A DNA stretch of 52,781 nt, filler included, from Porpidia crustulata (taxonomy: Eukaryota): the NCBI GenBank assembly GCA_964255105.1. It is 3 parts of 3 records of this genome, joined end to end, with 100 filler letters (N's around TTAATTAATTAA, not from the genome) between each part and the next. Parts side by side here need not be neighbours in the genome. Positions count along the whole stretch, not along the records: positions 1 to 17,543 come from CAXUWE010000214.1; positions 17,644 to 35,178 come from CAXUWE010000215.1; 1 more part is not named here. One strand, 5' to 3'. The notes below the pieces were generated by a model. It saw only the letters and a list, made by a program, of their open reading frames with translations, did no database searches and was not told the origin of the DNA. Below are positions 13,101 to 25,300 of this stretch, piece after piece (position 1 is the first letter of the stretch; the number at the start of each line of letters is the position of its first letter). The position numbers and the translations under genes are program-made.

Positions 13101-13751
13101 TAGCAGAGAACCTACATGATGATTCGAACGACAGCATTTATATGCGCTGTCGAAACTTGGTGGGTCACATACGGCCTTGCTATCTCAACCGCGCTGCATA
13201 CTCGTTTAGTAACCAAATCTGAGTCACGAGCTTGATCCGGTCCATTTATTTTCTCTGCGCATCTAGGACCCTGGTAGAATGTCCAAAACGTTACATAGTT
13301 GCAGATTCATTGAAAATCCCTTAACGATGGCGATGAATATGAGGTGAAGCCGCGAGGAGGGTTGGAATAGATGTCTCTCGTGAAAGGTACGCGGACTAGA
13401 AGCCATAACTGGGTTTTTCCACTTTTGACGTCCTTGCCTGCTTTGAGCATAGCACGCATTCAAGGGCCAGGCGATCGAGTGTGCCCAATAGGGCAGCATG
13501 CTCGGAGAATGTGAATCTTTCTTCGAATGAAACTCCTTTGCAACATATAACATTCCCGGACTTTAATGCGGCAAATTCGAGTGGAATGGAGCGTCGAATA
13601 TTATCTGTTGAGTGCAGGCAGAGGCATAGAGTTGACTCGATGCACGACATGTGCTGTCTCCTCCAGCATAGCATCTCAAAGCCAACGATGCGTGCAGAGG
13701 ATGCGGCTACCTTTCGCCTAGGATTACATATAGAGATTCAGGCTTCCACAA

Positions 13752-14706
13752 TCAAGACATTATATGGCCGAGGCGCTCTATAGCATTTGCAATGCTCTTC
13801 GCCAACTCCGTTGCTTCTTTCCAGATCTCATCATGCTTGCCCGTGAGTATTTGTACAGTATCGAGGCGGTTCTGAGCCGCACTCCCTCCCATTGCTGAGG
13901 ACCGTTGTGAATTGAGCGCTTCCTTCATCCGATGCATTTGATCCTTCTCAACCAACTCATCTTCAAGGGAGTGTGCAATTACAGTAAGCTTGCCGTTTGG
14001 CCAGTGTTTGTTATAGTCGCCGGATACAGGCGAACATGCAGCCCACCATGCTTCGTCAGTACCAAAGACGTTTTCCACTATTTGCTGATAGACTGGCTCG
14101 TCTTTGTGGTTGTCTCGTAATGCAACAAGATCATAGATGCCCTCGACGCCTAGTATCGCAAGCGGCTTCGTGAATGCGGGGGCCAGTACGCTTTCTTCTT
14201 GTCGTATCATGGCCACTTGAAATGCAAGCGTTGCCCCACAGCTATGTCCTGCTAAAAGATACCTCTCCCCAAAGCCATACTCTTTCTGCAGCCACCTCAA
14301 CGCTGCCAGCACATCATGGATGTGGTTGGGGTGTTTTGCATTTCGAGAAGGGTCGTCTGGAGAGCTCGGGTCGCGAGGATGGTCAGGGTAGGGGGAAAGC
14401 CGATAATTAATTGAAGCAAACCCAATGATATTGGGGATGAGGGGGTCTTTGAGAATGGCATGAGCCCGATTCAATTGGGATGAATCGATTTCCGGATCCC
14501 GCCAAGCGCCGCCGTGTATGTATCTAGAGTTTGAGTCAATGGATGGAGTTTTCAATGACAGCTCACGCTTTGTACACCACCCAGAAGCCTTTGTTATCTT
14601 GATTCGGTGGGCGAGGAAGGCAAATATCGAGAGTTTGAAGCTTGGTTTTGGAGTAGGGTATCCGCCTATGCAACGGATATTTGGGGGCGTCCTCGGTGGA
14701 AGCCAT
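13752..14706 (-). CDS. BNA7: Kynurenine formamidase (alpha/beta hydrolase), 2 exons
   Basis: ATG 14706 (MASTEDAPKY…LQTLDICLP…FWV), intron 14575-14524, then YIHGGAWRDP, ASINYRLSP, nucleophile motif GHSCGA, HSLEDELV and GKHDEIW. Confidence 0.88.
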
Positions 14707-15004
14707 TATGTTATTCTAAGACGTGCTTTGTACGCCAACGAGTAGATAAAGTAGGGTGCCCGAGGTTCAATTACCAATGCGAGCTGCTGGGTTGCTGCCG
14801 AGTCGGTCGGTGGATTAGACGATGGGGTTATTGGGCTCAGCCCAGGTTATCTATGAAGCTTTCGACCAGCCACGAGATCGATTAGATTAGATTGTCACGT
14901 GATTGAAGGAAATCGGATCTCGCCTAGATATGTTCGCCTTATTTACACCAAAACCTTCTCCATCTTTTTCAATCAACCTACTACAGTGACTATCCTACCT
15001 GAAC

Positions 15005-16993
15005 ATGGGGACTTCAGAAGAGATTTTTGACTCGAGGCCTCGTGTTATTCATAATGCCGTAGTAGAGCATGCTCACATTGCTGATACTAGCTCCTATGAA
15101 ATGGAAGTGATCAACTCTCCCAAGTCGGATGCTGAAAGCATCAGAGCCAACGGAGATCATGGACCTGGAGCTCTGTCTGCACCTATAAGGACAGACGAGC
15201 CTGTTGTGGTCTCGCGCAGTAAGCTTCGACTATTCGCAGTGATGGCCGCTCTGTTTGTTAGTCGCCACTTTTCGTCTCATATTCGTTTTCTTTATTTCAT
15301 ATCCATCCATTGACTTCAAGCAATGGCCAGACGACTGACCTAGTCGCCATTAGCTATCACTATTTGTATCAGCTCTAAATACTACGATTGTGGCTACTGC
15401 AATCCCTACCATCGCGTCGCAATTGCATTCTGCATCGGGCTATACATGGATTGGAGGCGCCTATTTGTTAGCAAACGCTGCTGCGACGCCGATTTGGGTA
15501 AAATTATCAGACATTTGGGGCAGGAAGCTTTTGCTCCTCTTCGCGGTTGCATCATTTTTTGCTAGCTCTGTCTTGTGTGCTCTCTCTACCACTATGAGAA
15601 TGCTCATTGTTGGGCGGGCTTTACAAGGAACAGCGAGCGGGGGATTGATTCCTTTGGTTATGATCACTGTCTCTGATCTTTTTAGCATGAGGTACGACTC
15701 CCTTCAGCGTAGGTATAGAGAAGTACAAGTCTCAATCAATGAACAGGAGCCGTAATCTTTACTTTGCGCTTCTGGAGTTCATGTGGGCTCTAGCAGGTGG
15801 AGTCGGTCCGATCCTGGGAGGAGTCTTGTCAGAATTAGTCTCCTGGCGCTGGGTTTTTTGGGTGAACGTCCCCGTTTCCGGCGCAGCATTCGTGGTGCTA
15901 TTGGTATTCCTAGATGTCCATAATCCTAGGACCAAGGTTATTGAAGGCATCAAAGCCGTCGACTGGTTTGGCAGTCTCTCAATACTGGCGTTTACCCTCA
16001 TGTTACTGCTGGGTCTCGACTTCGGGGGCGGCACTTTCCCATGGGACTCGCCAACTGTAATTTGTCTCATTGTTTTCGGCTGCCTGATGTCCATCTTCTT
16101 TGTGTTCAGCGAAAAGAGACTGGCCAAATACCCACTGATGCCCTTGAGCCTCTTTCACCAGCGGTCTAATATAGCTTGTGTCCTTGTTGGGGTTCTGCAT
16201 GGTTTTGTGAGTTCCGCCCGTTGGATCATGAGGTATTATGTTCGAGCTAACTTCAAAGGCTCAAATCGCCCCGGAATTTTACCTACCATTGTACTTCCAA
16301 TCCGTCAAGGAAGCCTCTCCGCTACGTTCAGGTCTATACCTCTTACCCATCATGATTACTGAAGCGGTTGCATCGATATTTGCTGGCATTTCTATCCATC
16401 GTACCGGCAGGTACCGGGAGGTCATTTGGGTCGGGACGACCTTATTGACCATCGGAAGTGGGCTCCTCATTCTCCTAAATACAGCATCTTCCACTGGCGA
16501 GATTATCGCTATTCAGATCATGGCAGGAATTGGCGCTGGCTTGCTGTTTCAACCGCCTTTGACTGCTCTTCAAGCCTTGACCTCGCAAGACAACGTGGCG
16601 ACTGCCACTGCAACCTTTTCGTTCGCTCGTAGCCTGGCCACTTCCATGTCCGTGGTTATCGGTGGCGTCGTGTTTCAAAATGGAATGAACACGCAGGTAC
16701 CACATTTACGCGCTGCCGGTTTATCGACAAACATTACACAAATGCTCTCTGGGCGTGATGCGGCTGCAAATGTCATGATAGTAGGGACACTGACGGATCT
16801 AACGCAGAAACTGGCCGTCAAGGACGCCTTTGCATCCAGTTTGAGAAACATCTGGATCTTGTGCACATGCGTATCTGCTTGTGGCGTCGCCGCAAGTGTC
16901 TTCATATCCAAGGAGGTGCTGAGCAAGGAGCATGTCGAGACGAGGACTGGGATAAAGGAGAAAGCGCCTGTTGTTGCAGCACCCCAAGAATAG
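15005..16993 (+). CDS. MFS multidrug/toxin efflux pump (DHA2, 14-TMS type), 4 exons
   Basis: Introns 15257-15353, 15692-15746 and 16207-16258 (GT-AG, frame-consistent). Motifs SALNTTIVATAIPTI, KLSDIWGRK, GRALQG, WRWVFWVNVP, FYLPLYFQSVK, TGRY; stop 16991-16993. Confidence 0.93.
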
Positions 16994-17543
16994 AGTGTCG
17001 CCACCAAGAAGAGACAACAAGAGACCCGAAGATACTACACCCAAAATATATGGAAGCCAACTCAATATCAGCGCGTCCTTCTCTGATGGTCTAGTACAAA
17101 TCGAATTGACCGCAAAGTTCAATATGGCTTGCAGACCAGCCGTACACAAACTCAGCCATTCAATCCTATTCTCATGGCTTCCCGCGAATCCAATTTGCGG
17201 CCAAATTCAACGTACCTTGCAGACCACTCGTAGACTCGCCTCCCACCACCACGCATCCTACTCCAATCTAATACGAAAATCATTGTTCCACCTTCATCCC
17301 CGTCAAGATCGCAACGTGCCTAGCACCTTAGATACTTCACCAAAGACACGACTTACTTACAAAAGACATTACGAACTATTAAGCGCCATATAGCACACAA
17401 GACGACTGGAACTTACATAGATGCGTGAATTGGGTACAAGAGACAGTGGTATAATTCATACATAGAGCTGGAATTTCGTATTAGTTTTTTCGCTGAAATT
17501 CACAGTAACCCCCTCATCAAGTCCCGAAGTGATCGTTTATTTA

Positions 17544-17643
17544 NNNNNNNNNNNNNNNNNNNNNNNNNNNNNNNNNNNNNNNNNNNNTTAATTAATTAAN
17601 NNNNNNNNNNNNNNNNNNNNNNNNNNNNNNNNNNNNNNNNNNN
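17544..17643. other. Artificial assembly linker (N44-TTAATTAATTAA-N44)
   Basis: Exactly 100 nt with a six-frame stop 12-mer at 17588-17599; identical design to 35179-35278. Confidence 0.97.
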
Positions 17644-19899
17644 GTTTCGTTAACGGGGGTGCCAGGGGTGATGTATTCGACGAAGACGTCTCGGCTTTCG
17701 AGGGGGAGGTTGGTGGCGATTCCCAGGGCGAGGTCGATGATTGACTCTACACCGCTTCCGACGTCGGGAGATAGGGGCTGTTTGAGATTTATAGCCAGGG
17801 ATTCCTTGAGGCCCTCCTTGAGGGAACCGGAGAGGGCTTTATGGTACTCCGCCGCTTTCGGTGAAGCGAGCAACTCCGATAACCCGTCTAGGGTGGAAAG
17901 ACGCCAATTTGATATCCGGGCGATGAGGGCTTCTTTCTCCTCATCGCTAGGCGTAGGGGGCGCGAACCGTCGTAGGTTTTTCTCTATGATCTTCAATTGA
18001 GCGCTAAAGGTGGGATCTAGCGAAGGATGAAAATAGCGATCGAATATTTCGTCAACAAGCCAACGAGATATGCAGGCTCGTCCAATGGCAGTCGTCTCTT
18101 TCGTAGGAGATATTGTGGCTTCTCTATTGACATGTGGTGCAAGCCAAGGGGGTACGGAACGCCACTCGCGGCGGGAGATGAAAGAGAGGTTGTTGATGGC
18201 GCCGTCCAAACGCTGGAAGCGGTTGGCATACTCATTGTCATCGAGTGAGGTACGGGATTGAGCAAGACGTTGGTGAGCAAGGGTGTTCTGGAGTTGCTGC
18301 ACCTGGGCATCTTTATCGAAGTAGTACTTTTTGACCTTGCGATACTTGTCCTCTGTCGTGGGATTAGCTTAATTCATTTCTATAGGTATAGTCGGTCATG
18401 CAAAGAGCGCAAGAGAGCTTACGTAATTCGTCATGCCTTTGAGATAGCTGTGCGTGATCTAGGCCGGCGAGATCATCCCGTGATCTACTCGGCGGCGGTG
18501 TACTTCGCCCTTGCTCGAGCACATTCTGTGGCGCCATAGATGAGGGCTGGGACAACCCTCTCTGGGTATTTCCTTGAGAATTGTTGATGCCGAGTTGGGA
18601 GCCGTATTGTGGAGGTGCGCCAGACTGCTGGGCTTGACTTTGGGAGCCTTGATGATAAGCCTGATAAGTAGAGCCTTCTCTGCTCGATCCAATTGGCTGT
18701 TGCTGTGGTGCTATTTCATCCGAACGCCTGCTTTGAATTTGTTGATGTAAAGGTGGCGGTGGACCCATTTGGCCCTGCGGATACGGACTTGAAGGACCTG
18801 GTTTCGAGCTTGTCCTAGGCAGGGAGCTATCGACCACGCGAGAGGGCGAATGCAACGGCGAAGGAGGCCCAAAAGATTGTTGTGAAGATGGTCGGCTCGT
18901 TTTTCGCTCGTTGTAAAGCTGCTGAAGGGCTGCCTGCGGCGCTCTGGACTGAAATGGATGACTGGATGTTGAGGTTGCGGAGGAAGGGGACGGCTGGTAG
19001 GAGGGCGGTTGTTGATGTATCGGGTGACTGGACGTGGAAGTCGCGGAGGAAGGTGGCTGCTGGTACGCCGCCGGTGGCTGGATCTGTTCAGGTGGCGGTC
19101 TATGCTGTGGTTGATGCTGTTGCTGCTGCGTCGTAGAGTTTTCGTTTTCCCAACCTGAAAAGTTCGACGACCCTTGACGTTCAAGGGGTTGGCGGGTGAA
19201 AGACTTCGTCGCCACGCCTTGAAGCACAGGACTGTTATAAGTATATTCGGGCTGAGCCACTGACTGTGATTGGCCTAGATGTAGATCTTTTTCCGGCGGG
19301 GGAGGCCCTGGCTGAAGATGTGATCTTGCCAAAGTCGCTGAACCGTTGACTTCCCCGTCGTCGCGCGATGACGGCAGAAACGTGGCAGAAGCGGGTCCTG
19401 TGGGGAGCCCAGGGACAGGAACCTTCTTCCTGACCGAAATACTTCGCCCAAGTCTACTCCCACTTATGTTGTTGGCAGGCTCTTTCGCGATTGAGGAATT
19501 TCCCAGTGAGAAAAGACCCCTCCTCCTTGGTTCTTTATGGTGGACCGGGTTTGGCTGTTGCTGATAATACGTATCGGGATTATCATCAAAAGCGGGCGGC
19601 TCAGCACTGCCCTGTAGTGTGCTAGGGACAAGATTGATTGTTGGCTGGTGGACGCGCTGGCTTTGCGAACGTCGAACTTCTCCCGGACTCCTTGCTTCTT
19701 CCGGGTTGTAGGGTTGATAATACCTGTCTCCCTCTTCTTCAGGCCCCAACGTCGGCGCACCTGAAGATCTGGAAAAGCCCGGCGAATGGAGGGGCGATTC
19801 TACTGGAGACGCCTGATGAGACCTTCGGTCATCGACGTCTTGTACGTTGATGGACGCCTGGGATCGGTTTCTGTGAAAGAATTTGGATGAACGAGGCAT
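17644..19899 (-). CDS. Conserved Pezizomycotina hypothetical protein (long Q/P/S-rich N-terminus plus coiled-coil domain); 3' end truncated by gap
   Basis: ATG 19899 (MPRSSKFF…), intron 18422-18353 (GTAAGC…GCTAAT…CAG), then QDKYRKVKKYYFDKDAQVQQLQNTLAHQRLAQSRTSLDDNEYANRFQRLDGAINNLSF…; open into the N run. Confidence 0.85.
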
Positions 19900-20957
19900 T
19901 GAAGAATGGTGGATGAACAATGATTCTTAGCGGAATGATACCCGATCAAGAGTATCGTGGGGGCTATACTCAGGCCTGACGAATAGATACTCTCCTGAGT
20001 CAAGCAGGCAAAGCTGAAGCGGCAAAGTGCCGCGAGACATCAACGCGATGCTTCAACATGGAATAGCAGGCCCGATCTAGCTACTTCAACCTATTCAATC
20101 TCTAAAGTTACAATAATAGATGCAGATATTGCTCAACTCTTCAAACCTAGTAAGTCACCATCTAAACGGGTTATGATCAACGAACCTCATCCAATTTTTC
20201 AACAAGCTCAAGTGCGTATATGTGGGCTCCAGACCGAAGGGCACGTTGGACGTGCAGGCGCCTTGAGGCTGTGTGCATGAACCTCATCTCTCACCAATTC
20301 CCAGGCTTTCAGCTTACGCAGAGATACTCCTACCTTCTAGGATTGATTGGGCTCAGGAATGTGTTACGATGCCACGATATGTCACGAGTAAATTGTACGT
20401 CGTTGACTGGGTTCCACGACCCCACAGGCGATGGGGTTTAAAACCTTGCTTGGGCGTAACACAGGTGGCCTGGAGTATCATCACAAGGTTCTTCCTATGA
20501 GTAAGGTAAAATGAGATTGGAGGAGTGATGGTATTACAATGCGCAGCCTGTTTATAGCTAAGTGATAAAACCAAAAAGCCTGTTCTAAATGGCAGATAGA
20601 TCCATCCATTGCTCTGCTTTCTCATTGACTGCGTCAATATCTCAGGCCCTCCTGGAAGTTCTACCCTGCGTAATACTTGCAAATTCTGAGGCGGTGTTGA
20701 GAAAGGTAGATCATCGGCTTTGATCAAGCGGCCTATCACCGTTTGTAAGAATCAAACTATATCTATCGCTGTACATCAAGTCTGAGAACATCCAGACTCG
20801 ATATAGACGATACAACGATGTTACTAATATATACTATCGAGCAAATCGAAGGAATGCTCTTTGTTATGCTTACTCCGCCAGCCTAGCACCTTGACATACG
20901 CCCCCAGTCTTGTCCTCGTGTTCCAGAAATTCACAAGCCCCAGAAGTGGCCCGATTG

Positions 20958-22746
20958 TTACATCCACTCACCGCCAATCCACCGGTTAAAGAATTCCAGA
21001 CTCGCCTCTGGCTGGTCGAGAGGCACCCTGTCTCATATTAGCATGCGATACAGACGAGGTAGACTCAGGGGCTCACATATGGCCGCCAGCATGGAGTCTC
21101 ATGAAAGTAAAATTGCCACTACTCTTCACTTGTCCAATCTTCCTGCCGTCGCCGCCCATTTTTAGATCCTCAAGGTCAACCTGGTTGAAAGACTTCTGGC
21201 CCGGCCACTTCAAAGCTTCCGTCCAGGCCTGGTTGCCAAGCCAGTTGCAGATGAAGTCTGCATCACCCTGGAAACTATTGTCAGGACAGCTCAAGTAAGG
21301 TGAACGTTGAATGACAGGAAAGCTTACTGCGTAAATAAGCATCGGGATTTTTTCGAGGATAGCAGGCACCAACCGATGGAATGGCTGCATCCAGTCACCC
21401 GCGAATAAAAAGTTCCTGTTCACGTCGAAATTGCAGCTATCGTAGCTGTCAACTTCAGCACCAAGGGCCTCCAGAACTTTTGGCTGGTTCATCCACTTGG
21501 TAATCCACCCAATTTGCTCATAGCATAGGGATCCACCATCGCTACATTTGGCACGAACGTCGTACGGGTTCTGACCACTTCGCTGATAAGGCCCGATGAT
21601 AGCATTGTTGCAGTAAATCGAAGCTGGAACGCAAGACCATACACTTTCACTGCTATAACAGCCCTCGATGAGCGATAAGCATCGTGGGAGTGCATTATCC
21701 ATCGCTTGACATTCACTTTCGTCAAGAACAGCGGGCCAGCCACCAGCACCACATGCCATTGGCCTGTAGTGCTCGTACTGAGTCAAGCCGTCGACAAGGC
21801 CATTCCCGATCAGCACTGACTTTAGGTTTATGTTTGTCTTCTTGTGACTCAGAATCTCTGACGTGAAAACGGGAATGTAGTGACCTGCGTAAGACTCTCC
21901 TGCAATATGGAAATCTTGCGTAGCGTACTCGGGGTATTGCTTGAAGAAAAGTGTGAGTAGGGCGTAGACATCCTTGCCAGCAGCAACGCTGTCGCTAACA
22001 GAGCTCCCGCTGTATGATAGCCCAGTGTTGACTGGTTGGTCCAGAAAAATCACAGAAGCGTTGTTATTCCACGAATATGGGTTGTAGACCACTTTATCAT
22101 CCTTATCGATCGAAGCCGGTCCGAGTTCAAGGAACAAACCCGTAAGAGACGAGCATCCAGGGCCGCCGTTGATCCAGAGGACGACAGGATCATTCTTAGG
22201 ATCGTTGCGAGACTCAAAGAACCCTCCAACACGAGGTTAGCATAGCTGCATTTGGCTAGGATTTTGAGCAAACGAACAGTAGAACAGATGTTTATCATTC
22301 TGATTATCATCAAGATAACCGCTGTACTGCTTCACCTCAGGATCGACGCCAAGTTCACTTGGATCGATCCTCTTGGATCTCAAGTTGAAAGCTTCGAGCT
22401 TGCCGTCGACGTCTCTTTCTTTCTGCCCATTCTTGTTCTCGACCCAAACGCTTTGGACGTCGGCGCCCTTGATTATATTGTCCCAGTGGCTATCTGGGCG
22501 GCGAGTATGCTTCTTCGGTGGCGAGAAGAAGCTAGTCTTATCCATAGCCTCGGGAAACTGCATAGAGACCTCGTCCCACAAGGCGCGAGCGTCCCCAGTC
22601 AGAGATTTTAGTGAGTCTTTCAGACTATGCAGAGGTCTTGCCAAAGCCTCTGAGGCCTGCTCTGGCGCCTGGAGGACTTGCTGCAATCGCGAAAAAGCAT
22701 TTACAGTAGCAGCTCCCACAAGGAGCGATGGAGCGAAGAGCTTCAT
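20958..22746 (-). CDS. cpyA: Vacuolar carboxypeptidase Y (serine carboxypeptidase S10), 4 exons
   Basis: Signal and propeptide; KQYSGYLD…[13 protein letters not shown]…[16 protein letters not shown] catalytic Ser; [21 protein letters not shown]; introns 22277-22224, 21327-21268, 21076-21028; stop 20960-20958. Yeast orthologue PRC1. Confidence 0.96.
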
Positions 22747-23304
22747 TTCATAAAGCTTTGTGTCTGAGAAAAGAATAAAAATGCAGGATGTTCAATAAAT
22801 GCCTGAACAATATCTGAGCTTCTGAAATAACAATGGCGATGGAGATGATGATGCCAATAGATAGCATTAGGCGCATGGATACATAGCAGTAGCGATAGCA
22901 ACGCGGCCCGCTGCAACGGTCTAATCACTGATCGCCAAATAAAGCCTAGCCTGGTCTCATGCGCCAGTCACGAGCCATAGGTATCTTGGTGTCTTATTAC
23001 ATCGAAGTACCACATGCCATGATGAACAAGATGGAGACCTGCTGGTACTTCGGAAGATATACGTGTCTTTCAGTCAAGTAAGCTAGATCATGGATATGGC
23101 TCTATAAACACTCTACTCTGTACTTTACTCTAATGAATTGTGCAAGGAGTTGTCTCTCCTTTATAAGAGGGAAAATTCTGTTTTGTTTCGCAGTCTTGGG
23201 AGTTAAATTCTTTCTAAAGTAGATGACATTTAGATCGTTCTTGCGCTCATACACATTTGACTGTCATTTCCTGCTATCTAGCTCCTACCATAGTAGCGTA
23301 ACAG

Positions 23305-24357
23305 TCATATGAACGCTCTGAGAGTTTCATCCAGCTGTTTCAGTATAGTTTCCTTGCGATTATCATCGCACCAGCTTCCTTCGACGGCACCTCTGGCAAT
23401 CTGTTCCCATTCATTAATCGTCAGATCAAAGGCTTCTTGAACGGCACAGTAATTTTCCAAGATGTATCCTCCAAAATATGCTGGGTCATCACTATTGATC
23501 GAAAATCTGACACCTGCATCCAAATACCTCCGTACGGGAAGATCTGCGATACTATCTGCACATTTGAGCCTGACATTGGATAACGGGCACATTGTGACCA
23601 GCATCGCTCTCTCCGCTACCTCCCTCATCAGCTCCTTGTCATCAGGTAAGCGAATGCCATGATCGATTCTTTCGATATCCAAGTCCCGCACGGCCTCCCT
23701 AATATATTGGACTGGTCCTTCCTCTCCTGCGTGAGCCGTACGTTTGATGCCCAACTGTTTGGCTTTTGAATATAATGCTTTCCATTTCACCGGTGGATTT
23801 CCCAGCTCGGTTGAGTCCAGACCGATGCCTGCCAATATGCCATTCTTCAAGTCTGTTTCTGCTGTATTGAAACCCTCGTCAGAGTCTTGGACAGATAGGT
23901 GTCTGAGAAAGCACAGAATCAGCTTAGTACTGATACCCATTTCCCGCTCCGCTCTGTTGCAGGCCTTGGTGAAGCCCTCTATTATAGTTTCATATCGTAC
24001 ACCCCTTCCCGTATGCGCTTGAGGATCGAAGAATACCTCAGCATGTACCACACCGTCAGACTTGGCTTTCAAAAAGTAGTCCCACGCCAAAGCTTCAAAA
24101 TCTTGAACTTCGACCAGAACGCTCATGCCAATGAAATAATATCTGAGAAAATCATCCAGCGAAGTAAAGCGGGTGTAGCGATCCAAAAGGGCACTGTGCG
24201 ACTCAAACGAAGGATCTTCCGCGGCAGCAGGAAGGGCAATGTTGTTACGTGCGGCAAGTTCAAACAGAAGGGCGGGGCTCAATGCTCCCTCCAAATGCAT
24301 ATGGTGTTCACACTTAGGCAGCGCCGATAGGAATCTATGGAGGTGGGAATTACACAT
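23305..24357 (-). CDS. AAH1: Adenine deaminase (adenosine deaminase superfamily), intronless, 350 aa
   Basis: LPKCEHHMHLEG, HAEVFFDPQAH, TAHAGEEG, RIDHG, CPLSN, NSDDPAYFGG motifs. Confidence 0.93.
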   Translation of the reverse strand: MCNSHLHRFLSALPKCEHHMHLEGALSPALLFELAARNNIALPAAAEDPSFESHSALLDRYTRFTSLDDFLRYYFIGMSVLVEVQDFEALAWDYFLKAKSDGVVHAEVFFDPQAHTGRGVRYETIIEGFTKACNRAEREMGISTKLILCFLRHLSVQDSDEGFNTAETDLKNGILAGIGLDSTELGNPPVKWKALYSKAKQLGIKRTAHAGEEGPVQYIREAVRDLDIERIDHGIRLPDDKELMREVAERAMLVTMCPLSNVRLKCADSIADLPVRRYLDAGVRFSINSDDPAYFGGYILENYCAVQEAFDLTINEWEQIARGAVEGSWCDDNRKETILKQLDETLRAFI

Positions 24358-24473
24358 TTTTGGAGCCGCGAGAGAATGCAGGGATCAATTTGTTGTAGGC
24401 ATTCAGAGATGAGGGTAGTCATGATCCAAAGCGAAGAAGAAGAAATTAGCTATCCGATGGGAATGATAGCCTT

Positions 24474-24487
24474 TCGGCCGATGCCGA
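24474..24487. promoter_or_regulatory. TCGG-N6-CCGA Zn2Cys6 site (UaY/Ppr1 consensus) upstream of adenine deaminase
   Basis: TCGG CCGATG CCGA, 117-130 bp upstream of the AAH1 ATG, with TGATAG (GATA) at 24464-24469 next to it. Confidence 0.6.
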
Positions 24488-24506
24488 TCACTAGCGTCCG
24501 CCATTA

Positions 24507-24514
24507 TGACGTCA
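24507..24514. promoter_or_regulatory. CRE/ATF palindrome TGACGTCA
   Basis: Exact 8-bp palindrome about 150 bp upstream of the AAH1 ATG. Confidence 0.35.
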
Positions 24515-25270
24515 AACACTCCCCTTTTACGTTGACATGCCGGATCGTTACCGAGGACAGGCTATAGGAACCATGGAGTGCAATTCTTGATCATGTAAAA
24601 ATAGTAGTAATTGAGGAGTAGTGAGGAGACCCAACGACTGGGATATAAATTAAATGCAGTTATTCCAAAGCTCCAGCATGATCGATAATAGTGTTATCAT
24701 TGCCACCTTGATATTAATAGTAACCTAGATGATCGATGGAAAGATGCTTTACCACCAGCCAGGTACAGTGTAACGCGAGATTGGTTGGATCCAAATTTGT
24801 TGCTGGTTGCAGTTCCTGATCATCCTCGAGTATCTAGAGATCTGAACGGCGACACCCGTGGCGACATCCGTGGGTGGGATGTGTGTATGACAGCAGTAGC
24901 TTGTTCCGAAGATCCGAGAGTATCAACCTTCTCTACGTCGATTGAGGAAGAACATGATCGACCAAATTCAAAAATCAACAATAAATAGCAACGACTTAAA
25001 AAGTAATTAATCCATGATTTAACGAAACTAAACCTAGTGTTGCCGCAAACTTTGCAGTACCATCATTACTGAAAGCTACTCTGAAATAAGCAACAGTCCC
25101 CACACCCTGCAACAAGCCAGCTAGATCAATTATTATTATCATGAATTTCCCGCATACATAATCGAAATTCAAATGGTCAAGGTTCTAGTTGTAGCACAAT
25201 GTCAATTCCTGACAAGGGACTGTGCAGATCACCTTGGCTGGAAGGTATCAGCTATTGTCGTTGACCTACC

Positions 25271-25300
25271 GCAGGTGCGCAGGTGCGCAGGTGCGCAGGT
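25271..25300 (+). repeat. (GCAGGTGC)3.75 tandem repeat
   Basis: Read directly; lies in the AAH1 / Zn2Cys6 divergent intergenic region. Confidence 0.85.

Noticed and set aside
17588..17599. TTAATTAATTAA palindrome as a biological site
   Set aside because: Centred in exactly 44+44 Ns, twice; a synthetic six-frame stop linker. ORFs ending in X…N are artefacts.
13752..24357. Metabolic cluster of kynurenine formamidase, MFS and adenine deaminase
   Set aside because: The genes lie on different, probably unlinked contigs and are ordinary housekeeping genes.
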